NCBI GenBank assembly: GCA_051313645.2
Contig: JBNRSN020000016.1
Coordinates: 65,596,001 to 65,660,000 of the forward strand
Length of the DNA stretch: 64,000 bases
Origin: Centroscyllium fabricii
Lineage: Eukaryota
Direction: 5' to 3'
Positions within the stretch are counted from its first letter, which is position 1. Each line of letters opens with the position of its first letter. A program made the position numbers and the translations under genes. The notes beneath the pieces are model-generated. The model was not told the origin of the DNA. It made no database searches and saw only the letters and a list, made by a program, of their open reading frames with translations. Shown here in pieces: positions 49,301 through 61,300 of this stretch.

Positions 49301-52300
49301 TACAGGTCCTGATCTAAAACTTTGTCAAATACAGAATATAATTGATTTGTACCAGTGCCAAAATTACAGATTAACTGGTTTTAATGAACTCAGTGGCTAT
49401 AACAGGAAAATGGTGTTTGACTGAGAAGAAAGCAGCATCTGATTGATGGAAGCAGAGCTGATCTGCCAAAGTAAAAAGCATGAAACAAAATTGCTGTTTG
49501 ACCTCTGAATTTATTATGGATTTCTACTACATTGTTAATTGTTAGTGAGGTGTTTAAAAATGTAATGTCGCACCAATAAACCTCGGTATATCTGATGTCA
49601 ATGCAAGGCTTCCTCCCCACCCACCGCCTTATTTTCTCCTCTTGTCTCTTCTCCAGAAACTGCTGCCTCTTGCTGAGGTCGGTTGGTATGTTGCCCACGT
49701 GGCCACTATTCATCTATGAGCCCAGATAGTGATCAAAAGCCGGAATTCTGGCTGATGGCATTGAGTTTCATTTTTAATTGGCACTGTCCTGGCGGAGATC
49801 TAACGCAGCACAGACCAGGGATATGGAAATTTGCTGGCTTGTGTGATTGTCTGGCGCATAGCCATTAAAGAGCTACAGTGCTAACCCAGTGAGAAGAAGT
49901 GGGAAAGAGCATCGGAATGAAAAACAAATTCAGCAGACAAAATATATGTCTCCTTACTGGTCGTCTAAGTCGTGGTGCTGTACTTCGACCAAGTCCTTAG
50001 ATAGAGATAAAACCACACAAAAAGTCATAGAGTCATAGAGTCTTACAGCACAGAAAGAGGCCCTTCGGCCCATCACGTCTATGCCGGCCATCAAGCCCTG
50101 TCTACTCTAATCCCATTTTCCTGCATTTGGTCCGTAGCCTTGTATGCTATGGCACTTCAAGTGCTCATCTAAATGCTTCTTGAATGTTATGAGGGTTCCT
50201 GCCTCCTCCACCCTTTCAGGCAGTGAGTTCCAGATTCCAACCACCCTCTGGGTAAAAAAATTCTTCCTCAAATCCCCTCTAAACCTCCCGCCCCTTACCT
50301 TGAAACTATGTTCCCTTGTTATTGACCCCTCTACCAAGGGAAAAAGTTCCTTTCTATCTACCCTATCAGTGCCCCTCATAATTTTGTACATCTCAATCAG
50401 GTCCCCCCTCAGCCTTCTCTGCTCTTAGAAAACAACCCCAGCCTGTCCAGTCTTTCTTCATAGCTGAAGCGCTCCAGCCCAGGTAACTTCCTGGTGAATC
50501 TCCTCTGCACCCTCCCCAAGGCAATCACATCCTTCCTATAGTGTGGTGACCAGAACTGCACACAGTACTCCAGCTGTGGCCTTACCAGCGTTTTGTACAG
50601 CTCCATCATAACCTCTCTGCTCTTGCCTTCATTAGCTGAGGCATAGAATATAAGTATCCCATATGCCTTTTTAACCACCTTATCTACCTGTCCTGCTGCC
50701 TTCAGGGATCTATGTACATGCACACCAAGGTCCCTCTGATCCTCTGTCTTTCCTAGGTTCTTACCATTCATTGTGTATTCCCTTGCCTTGTTATTCCTTC
50801 CAAAATGCATCACTTCACACTTTCAGGGTTAAGTTCCATTTGCCACTGCTCTGCCCATCTGACCAACCCATCTATATCGGCCTGCAGACTGAGGCTTCCC
50901 TCCTCGCTATCTACTACCCCACCAAACATCAGCAAACTTACTGATCATACCCTTTACATTCATATCCAAATCATTAATATAGACTACAAACAGCAAGGGA
51001 CCCAGCACCAATCCCTGCGGTACCCCGCTGGACACAGGCTTCCAGTCACAAAAACAACCTTCGACCATCACCCTCTGCCTTCTGCCACTAAGCCAGTTTT
51101 GGATCCACTGTGCCAAGGTGCCCTGGATCCCATGGGCTCTTACCTTCTTGACCAGTCTCCTATGCGGGACTTTATCAAAAGCCTTACTGAAATCCAAGTA
51201 TACCACATCCACTGCACTACCCTTATCCACACGCCTAGTCACCCCCTTGAAAAATTCAATCAAGTTGGTCAGACATGATCTTCCCTTGACAAAGCCATGC
51301 TGACTATCCTTGATTAATCCTTGCCTCTCCAAGTGAATACTAATTCTATCCCTCAGAATTTTTTCCAATAACTCACTGGCCTGTAATTCCCTGGTTTATC
51401 CCTACTACCCTTCTTGAACAATGGTACCACGTTAGCTGTTCTCCAGTCCTCTGGCACATCCCCTGTGGCCACAGAGGATCTGAAAATTAGTGTCCGAGCC
51501 CCGACAATCTCCTCATTTGCCTCACACAGCAGCCTGGGATACATCTCGTCCGGGCCTGGGGATTTATCCACTTTTAAGCCTGCTAAAACCGTTAGTACCT
51601 CCTCCCGCTCGATGGTAATATGTTCAAGTGCAATCATTCACTAAAGGGAATCAAACCCAATAGTTGCATAGGCCAGTGTACATTTGGTCTGTTCCTGAAA
51701 TTAGCTTTTACTTCAATTTTATTAGGTACAAAATTATAATAAGAGCATAAATTTTTTAAGTGATTTGAAATGCTATTTAAGCAGCCATATTTGGGAAACT
51801 TTCTATTTTAATACTTTACTTTCTGCCCTCTCCCATTGTTCTCTTACATAATTGTTCTCTTACAACATCGTTATCTCCCTCTTTCTATACATGTCGAGGG
51901 TCAGGGTTTGAATCTGGCCCAGAAAGATAAATTGAAGGTCTCCTCTCTAAGAAAGAAGAGAAATATAGCAGGACATCCCAAAGCACTTTGCAGCCAGTGA
52001 AGTACTTTTGAAGTATGGTCACTGTTGTAATGTAGGAAACGCAGCAGCCAATTTGAGCACAGCAAGGTCCCACAAACAGCAATGAAATAACTGACCAGAT
52101 TATCTGTTTCAGGTGTTGGTACAGGTATAAATCTTGACTGGGGGATCTCCCTTGCTCTTCTTTGAATATATGTTGCCTGAAATGGGAAAATATTTAGTCT
52201 CTTTACCATACTGATGTCTCTTATTAACTAAATTTTTGGGAGAATCTACTTGCAGCTGATTTTTCAGAATGTTCTAACTGGTAAATAAATTCAGTAACAT

Positions 52301-55300
52301 ATTGCAGTGGAGCCTTCGTGCGGGTGCAGTACCTGCTAGTTGCACTTGCACTGCCCATAATCAGGTTTGCTTTTTTGCACTGAGAAATTGCAGTTAGCCC
52401 AGCTTGTCAGAGCTCCGTGCGAGCTTCATGGGCATCTGAAGGGCGTAATTAGTGCGAGATGGCTTTTGAGACCACCTGATTTGAGACCACCTGATTGGCA
52501 GGGAGCCAATCAGTGGAACCAATTCTCCGTTCAAAACTTCGACTGAGAAATCTGTGCAAGTTCTGAAAGGAGAGATTGCCCAAAAGACATCTAAACTCAA
52601 AAATAAAAATTTAAAAACACCACATTTTTTTAACATTACCCCAACTAACACAAATAACCTATTTTAAAGAAAAAATAAAAATTTACAGAATTTTTTTTCA
52701 ACTTCCAACAGGTCTAAAAAAATACTTACCTGTCTTTAAAGTTATCAACAATTAAAAACCTGAAAAAACAACAATTAAAATCAATAAAATACACACTTAC
52801 CAGATAAAAACGGATACTTACAACTGCTTTTTCCCAGCGTAGAATATCCTGGTCTTGGTCCGTAGAATTTTTTTTTTTAAAAGCCCGAATTACTGGACGC
52901 AACCCCTAGTTCGCTGCATCCTGCGCTGGACCTCGCAGGAACTCCAACCTCCCCGCTGGCCGGCACAGGAAAACCCGAAGCAGCGCAACCGGCTGCTTCC
53001 TGTGGGTTTAAACTCTGGTGCGCTCGCAGCAGAGCTTAGACCCGATATGGGCAGACTGCAATTTCTGGCCCAATAACTATGTTTTGGAAGCTGTAACACA
53101 TAATGTAACCATAATTTATTGGTACCTCCAGCACAAGGATCTTGTGATAAGGGAAATTAATTGACAGTCAGGAAAGTTTGGTGTGATTGATTTATAAGTT
53201 GGGCTGGATTTTGATGCTGGAGGCGTATAGGAGGCGGGTCTACAACTTTTGGGGTTGTAGTCCATCGAGTTGTGGCCAACCCACTCGGTTTTCACTTGAT
53301 TGACCTTGTTGAGATTGCTCAGCGGGCCAATTAAGGGCCACCCGACAACAGGTGATGTCACAGATTGACTTTTCATCTGTCAAGAGCTTTTGACAGATGA
53401 AATATCAGCGTTTGACAGCTCTTTGAAGCTGTCAAACACTGACAATCTGTACACAAAGTTAATTCCTTCCTCTCAGGCTGATTTAGAGATCTCTCCAGAA
53501 CAGAAAGCAGAATGCTGCAACTTTTGACAGCTCACGGCCATTCTGCTTTCTGTGCCGGTGAGATGAGGGACTCCGAAGACCTGAAGGAAGGAAGGCTGTA
53601 AAGGTAAGTAAAACTTCTTAAAACACTTTATACACACACCAAACCCACTTACCTCTGCACTCATGCACCCATCACTCACCTGAACACCGGACATCTCGAA
53701 CTCTCCAAGCCCTTCAGCTCAACGGTCCACCTCGCTAACTTGGCGTGGTTTGGAGCCGTTGGGAATCCCACACTTCAGGAATAAAAATAGGGATTAGGCT
53801 AAAAACTGCCTGTTAACTAACTGTTAACAGACAGTTAATTGGCAGTAATCCCCTTCCCGCCTCGGGGAGGCGGCTCCCAGCACAGGTCGGGTATCCACCT
53901 CCTGGGAAACTGGCATGGAGGTGGGTTGGGGGCGGGATGGATTTGTGCCCCCCGATTTTGCAATTTTTAACCCCACACACGCCTCCAATCCCGCCTCCAC
54001 GACTCAATGAAAATCCTGCCCATAGTGTTTGCTCTGTTGAGTACACTTTGCTTGGTCAGTTTTAAAATTTCCTGGTGAGGTGATCTTGGATAAATATTTA
54101 GATGGGATAAAAGTTACAAGCAAAGACTTAAATACGCAATATTCTTTTAGTGAAAATTAATATTGTTTTCTTTTCATTATTTGCAGTGTGTCAAAGCTCT
54201 GGTGTATTACCATTTAAATGCCTGTAAATTAAACGTGACAAATGACAAAGGTGATACACCGCTCCACATTGCAGCTCGATGGGGTTATGATGGTATCATT
54301 CAGGTTCTGCTGGAGAACGGCGCTAATAATGAAATTCAGAACAAGATGAAAGAAACACCTTTGCAATGTGCACTCAATTCTAAGGTAGTATAGGCTATAA
54401 GATGCTTATATTGTGAGATCACGTAATTTGTATGAACAAACCAATTTAGGAGGAGCAAAGATTATTAATATAGAAAGTAATGAATGGGAAATAGCTGAAT
54501 TTTATGTACGTTTCAATGTTGAAAATTAGGTTGCAGATTCCAACTACCTTATTATTAGTACTATAGTTATTTTGGTAAAATTGTGTTTTTGTGTCTCCAA
54601 ATTCAGTCAGCCCTTCTAAAGTTCTAAAATCACACTGGTTTGCCATTAGAAAGAAATACTCCAGTAATCACTTATATATTTTGGGCACAAAAATTGACAT
54701 GTATCTAATCTAATCTCATCTCAAAGATGAAGGGATGGGATGGAATGGTTTGTATGCATTGCCTATTTAAGATATTTCTGAAAAGTTGATTCTCAAACAC
54801 TTAAGTGGGTTTTAACTAAGAAACAACCTCACTTCTTCTCATCGGGTACCAGGTTGTCTTTCAGCAGTGTATTAATTGGGGACTACATACTCGTGCGTCC
54901 AAAATGTGGGCGGCACAGTGGATAGCACTGTTGTCTCACAGCACTGGAGACCCGGGTTCAAATCCAGCCTCGGGTACTATCTGTGTGGAGTTTGCACATT
55001 CTCCCCGTGTCTGCGTGGGTTTCCTCCGGGTGCTCCGGTTTCCTCCCACAGTCCAAAGATGTGCGGGTTAGGTTGATTGGCCAGGATAAATTGACCCTTA
55101 GTGTTAGGGGGATTGAATGTGTGGGGTTACGGGGATAGGGTGGGATATGTGTCGATGCAGGCTCGATAGGGAGCGAGGGATATGGGGACAAGGCAGGGGC
55201 GGGTTACTGGGTTTGGATGATCAGCCATGATCTCGTTGAATGGCGGAGCAGGCTCGAAGGGCCGAATGGCCTACTCCTGCTCCTAGTTTCTATGTTTCTA

Positions 55301-58300
55301 AATGCTAACTTTACCAATTCAGTAACTTAATGTTTTAGATTTCTGTGGGGATATGTGAAACTTTTCTCCCTCTGATTGAGTTCTCCTCACAAATTGGCAC
55401 ACTAGTTCAATTTGATCCTTAAAGTCTTGCTGTTGTAGTAAAGTCTCTTGATAAAATGAGGTGGCATGACAGTCATCTTGTCTGACAGATCTTTAAAATA
55501 GAATCTTTAAAATTAGGTAGATAACCAGGATGTGGTACCATGTGATGGAGAGATGGAGATTTGAATTTTGTGCTCTTTGCAATTCCCAATCTGCGGGATT
55601 GTGCCAAGAGGAGGCTTGGTGTGTCCCCATGGGCTGGGAAAATAGGGAGAGTTTTCATCACGTGCCTTGTAGTTCCTTGCTAAAGGCCCTGTCACACCTT
55701 GACGTTTTAGCTTGCGTATGCAAATTTGGCCGATACGCTGGTATACGTTGGACAAGTTATGGGTACGTTATGCATACGGTAAGAGCACGTTGGCGTACGC
55801 TGACCATAAGTTGTATACGTCGTTTAAGTCGTGATTTTTTGTGCATGCACAAAAAATCACGACGTATAAATGTAACTATTTATACGTTCATCATACGCTG
55901 AACATACGTTGTAGGCACGTTAGGCGATCGTTGACACACGTTAGTCATACGTCAAAATACGTCGAGATAATGCCTATTTTTCCCGGAACTTATGTCTAAC
56001 CTATGAGTAACGTGCTTTGAACTTATGTGTAGCGTATCTCCAACGCATATTGACGTATGTAGACGTATTTGACGTCTTCCGGACGACCACAGACCTTACT
56101 GAACGTGTTTCTAACTTACAGCTAACGTATAATGGCGTACTGGCAGCGTTTAGGGAATTTGGTATATAAAAAGGGGTTTCACAGGAGGAACCAGTCAGTG
56201 TTCCAGACTCCATGGTGAGCAGATGTCCATGTAATCCAAGAGATGGAGGATCCGGCAAGACGAGAATTACTACTAGCTGTCCTCCAACATCAACAAGCAC
56301 TCATCGATTTTACACTGTACCAGAGGCGTGCCAAAAGAGCCAAGAGAAGATTAGCTGAACGGAGGAGAAGGAACTGGGTGAGACCATGGATCGGGATGCG
56401 ACGGCAGTTTGGCATGTATGACCAGCTCATGGTGGAACTCCGTAACGAGGACCATGCATCCTTCACCAACTTCCTGCGTATGCCCCCAGCGATGTTCGAC
56501 GAGCTGCTAGCCAGAGTGGGTCCAAGGATAACCAAGCAGTACACCTTCTACAGGGATCCGCTTGAGCCTGGCATGAAGCTGGCACTGACTTTGCGTCACC
56601 TTGCCTCTGGAAACAAGTATGCCTCGATGAAGTTCGCATGGAGGGTCCCTCACAACACCCAGTCCATAGTGGTCAGAGAAGTCTGTCAAGCCATTATTGA
56701 CGAATACGTGGATGAGGTGATGGTTTGCCCAAGTACTCCTGATGGTTGGCGCGCCATAGCTGACAAGTTCTTCCAACGATGGAACTTTCCCCATACATGT
56801 GGGGCACTTGACGGGAAGCACGTGGCCTGCCGCTGTCCTCCAAAGACTGGGTCACAGTACTACAATTACAAAGGATTCTACTCCATTGTTCTGATGGCGC
56901 TTGTGGATGCTGACTACAAATTTATTTGGGCAGATGTCGGCGGTACTGGATCTGCATCAGATGCGCAGATATACAATGACTCTGAGCTGAAGGAATGCGC
57001 TGAAGACGGTACCCTTGGTTTCACTGACCCTGAGCCTCTTCCCTACGACAACCAGGACGTGCCTTACTTCGTTATCGGTGACGATGCCTTCGCCTTACGA
57101 CCAACCATGATGAAGCCATTCAGCCTCCGTGGTCTGACGAATGAAGAACGCATCTTCAACTACAGGCTTAGCCGAGCAAGAAGGGTAGTAGAAAATGCAT
57201 TCGGCATCCTGGCTAACAGATTCCAGGTTCTGCTAAGTACCATGCAGCATCACCCCTCCACTGTCAAGCTCATTGTCAAAGCATGCTTGATCCTGCACAA
57301 CCTCATGAGGACCAGGTAATTCATGTTTACATAGCATATATTATACAGTATACAATGAAATTTAACTTTTAGCCTATGCTTATAAACATTATATGATTTA
57401 CCTTAAATTTTACATGTATCATTATATTACTTTTTAATGTACAGCGCATTAGAATATATGTTTTCATTATAGGTGCGCTTTATAAGTAAATAAAATCAAA
57501 TTCAAATTCCAGGTACCCAGGACTACAGAACCAGCAGCTTGACCAGGCAGAAAATGAGAACCGTGACCTTGTTCCAGGAGCATGGCGAAAGGGACATCAG
57601 TTGGAGGATACACAGACAGCTGCTGGCCCCAACACTGCCTCCAAGGACGGAAGGAAACAGAGGAATCTCCTCAAGCACTGGGTTAACTCCACAGCTGGCG
57701 CAGTTCCGTGGCAAGATAGGATGATTTAGATATTTGTATTACAGCATTGTTCAGGCAATAAAGAGACTTTCCTCCTGAAATGAACATCTTAAAGCCTTTT
57801 TTTCAATTATCCACTTTTCAATATACATGTACATTATATTATTATACCTTTTTCAAAGTGATTGAATTTATTATTGTTAATTATTGTTTATGATTTAAAT
57901 ATTAAAACAATAAAATCAGCAAACATCAAGAGTTTGCTCAACTTTTATTAAATGTGTAGTGGTATGATTTGAATCGTCCAATGGCAGCCTTTGAATAGTC
58001 TACACCACGTGATCGTCGGCGATACGCTGCCGCGCGCTATGCATACGTTAGACTATCGTTGGGCATAAGTTGTGAACGCCGACAATACGCTAAGCATTCG
58101 TTGGTATAAGTTGTTGTAAAATTATCGATACGCTCTATGTACGTTACTAATACGTTATGCATACGTCCAATACGTTATGAATACGCTACTACACAACAAA
58201 AATTGAACAGTGTCAAAAGTTCAGCGTTTTAGCCTCATTTGCATAGGCTGGCTAAAACGTCTAGGTGTGACAGGGCCTTTAGAGTGGAATTGGTGGTGGC

Positions 58301-61300
58301 AGATTGTCAGGAATACACGCTTGGCCACAGGATGTGTGCTGCTTCGGAGAGGTTATAAACACAAGGCGAGAATTGAAGGCAACATCCCTGAAATGCAAAG
58401 ATAAAAATGGTCAAATTTAAAAGAAGAAAGAAAATTAGGTGAATGGCTTGGAGGAACATAATGCAATATTGTGTGGCTGATACTTGTTCATTTTTTGACT
58501 TTTTGTGCTGTAAAATATTTTAACCTAAGCATTTATATCTACATACTAAATGAAGCAGTATTGTTAGCTGTTGATAAACTTTTGTGTAACAAAGATGTTC
58601 TCTACCCTTACAGATATTAGATTTGCTGGAAGTTACCTCCATTGGTAATGACAGACGACAGAGCATGCCAGAGGTAACTATCGTTCTCAAGTTGTCTATC
58701 TTTTTAACTTTTAAGAAAAAAAGCAAGTTTAAAGCAATTGAATATATCTTGTGGGCTAGAACATATAAAAACATATATCCACACAAATATATATATTTTA
58801 TCCTCTTTAGTTATCGTGCTTGCATTACCATTTTCTAAAGCCTTCAGTTTAAATTTCGTATCAGATTTTAGTAACTTTACAAATTATATTATTGAGTAAC
58901 TTATGCTAACTTGGTCATTGTTTTCTATAGTCTGTTGGCAGATCTCCCCAACCTTCCACTGACACTGGTAGTCAGATGTCATCTATTTCGACAATATCCT
59001 CTGTATCAGTTGCGATGAGGCATGACGAAGACAAAGGCAAATACAAAGAGGTGAAAGCTGTTTTATCACATCATTGCTGACAATTTTTCCACATATAATT
59101 TGACGTCTCTTCAGCCACCAAATCTAAAGGTCTGCTAAACAACGATCACTGCCTTGTTTTAGCAGCAAATAGGCCATATGAGAGTGAATGCTATTTTCCT
59201 TATATTTGCAAAGGAAGCAAGATGTATAATGGAGAATAATGGAATACCAAGTTTATTTGGAAATGTTCCACACAGGATTCTGAACTAATTATTCCACTGC
59301 CCTAACATGTAACCAATTTGTATTCTGCACAAATGAAATTGAATTGTTGTAAAAGTGATCAATAATCTAACAATTTGATATCTCATCTGAGAAATATTTT
59401 TATTGCCAATGATACTACCTTGTTTTCACTTTATGCTGCTATCTATTATTTTTTTAAGCCAAAACTATTTAAATTCATGGGTTTTGTTATTTCCTCTTTC
59501 CTTCATTGTATTGGATTTCTGCATCATTTGCACAAAATGTAATTTTAAAAATCTCAAATACATTGAGCAAATGCTTTACACTTGTTCTCAACATTGCAAT
59601 GTGAAGGAATAATGAGGTGAGTATTAAAGTACAGGTTGAACACCGTTAATTCGGCAGGGTCGGGACCAGCACCCTGCCGAATTGTTGAAAACGCTGAATG
59701 ATTAAAGCTTCGGCAGGGCATGCACAGACCATTCAAAATGGCCGCCGCGAAATTTAAAATGGTCTGTGCATGCACTCGCCGGTACCTGGAAGGTGGCTTT
59801 CGGCCCAAGGGTCGGGTGGAACTCAAGACGCACTCGATTCTGCTGCCCATGGTGGATCAAGGAGCGGGCTGCAAGGCTCCAGCGGGCCTGAGGCCCAATG
59901 CGCGGCTCAAGCCCAGCTCACGTGACGCCACCGCCTGCCAGCTTTGGAACGCGGTGACGTCAGCACGCAGCCAGGCAGGAGCCTCCGGCAGCGGTGCACT
60001 TATTAACTGAGCTATTAATGTGTCTGGGTTAATTTTTTTTTGATTCTTCATAATTCTAAGGACTGTTAGGTGAAAGGGAAGCCCAGCCCTGACGGTGGCC
60101 ATTTTGAATGGTCTGCGCATGCACCGGGCAGTCGGGGAAATCTATGCTGGGCGACTGAAGCTGCCGGTTTTTCGGGTAAAGGATTAACGGTGCTCAACCT
60201 GTATTTTACAAGTCTGTAATGATTCCATTAGAGTAAAATGAATTCGTTTTATTTACTATAATTCTGCTTCTTGGTCAGGTGTGTCATAGTTTTTGGGGAA
60301 CGGGACAGGGGTAGGAAGGGGAGTGGAGCATGATTCCACTTTAGGTAGTTTGCTATCCACAAGTCACTAAGCCAGTCACTCGCAGAAATATTTATCCTAT
60401 CGCTTTGTTTCCTAACCACCCCATGAATATATTTGCTATGTATGCAGCATCGCAGGTCAGCAAAGCAAATGAAAATGCTATCAAAACACAGATTTAATTC
60501 TAGGGTTATAGAATTCAAAAGTAGTGAAGCTATGTTAAAGTTGTCTAGGACCCTGGTCAGGTCATACTTGGAGTACTGTACACAGTTCTGGTCTCCAAAC
60601 CATAACAAAGACATAGAAGCACTGGAGAAAATGCAAAAAAGATTTACAAGGATGGTACCAGAATGGGGAGATTATAGCTATTGGGAAAGATTGAACTGGT
60701 ATGGGCTTTTTTTCTTTAGAAAAGAGAAGACCTGGAAGTGACCTGATAGAGGTCTTTTAAAATTATGAATGGGTTGGACAGGGTGAATGTAGAGAAAATG
60801 TTTCCACTTGTGGGAGAATCCAAAACTAGGGGGTGTAAATATAAGATAGTTACTAATAAATCAAACAGGGAAATGAGGAGAAATGTCTTTACTCGGAGAG
60901 TGGTTAGAATGTGGAACTCCCTACCACAGGAAGTGGTTGAGGCAAATAGCTTGGATGCTTTGAAAAGGAAACTAGACGAGTACATGAGAGAAAAGTGAAT
61001 AGAAAGATATGCTGAAAGGCTGAGATGAGGTAGATGGAATGGGAGGAGACTCGTGTGGAGTATAAACACCAGTACAGACCTGTTGGGCCAAATGGCCTGT
61101 TTCTGGCTGTATATTCTATGTAATTCTGTACATATATAAGTAAGTAAACATTTCTGGTTTTAATGGAGGTATGTTTTCTTCCCATTATATCATTTCAACT
61201 GCTTTTCATTTCTCTCCAAGGACAGTGACATTTAAAAAATAAATAAATCTTAAATTGGTGCTAAATATCAAATAAGAACATAAGAACATAAGAAATAGGA

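Larger units (their letters stand above)
55684..58278 (+). mobile_element. Young 2.6-kb PIF/Harbinger transposon with intact transposase and no Myb gene
   Basis: 28-bp TIR with 1 mismatch (AGGCCCTGTCACACCTWGACGTTTTAGC); TAA/TTA flanks; CpG-rich TACG-repeat subterminal regions. Confidence 0.93.

Noticed and set aside
52722-52732. U1 snRNA 5' end ATACTTACCTG
   Set aside because: Only 11 nt match and no U1 body follows; treated as an antisense splice-donor motif.
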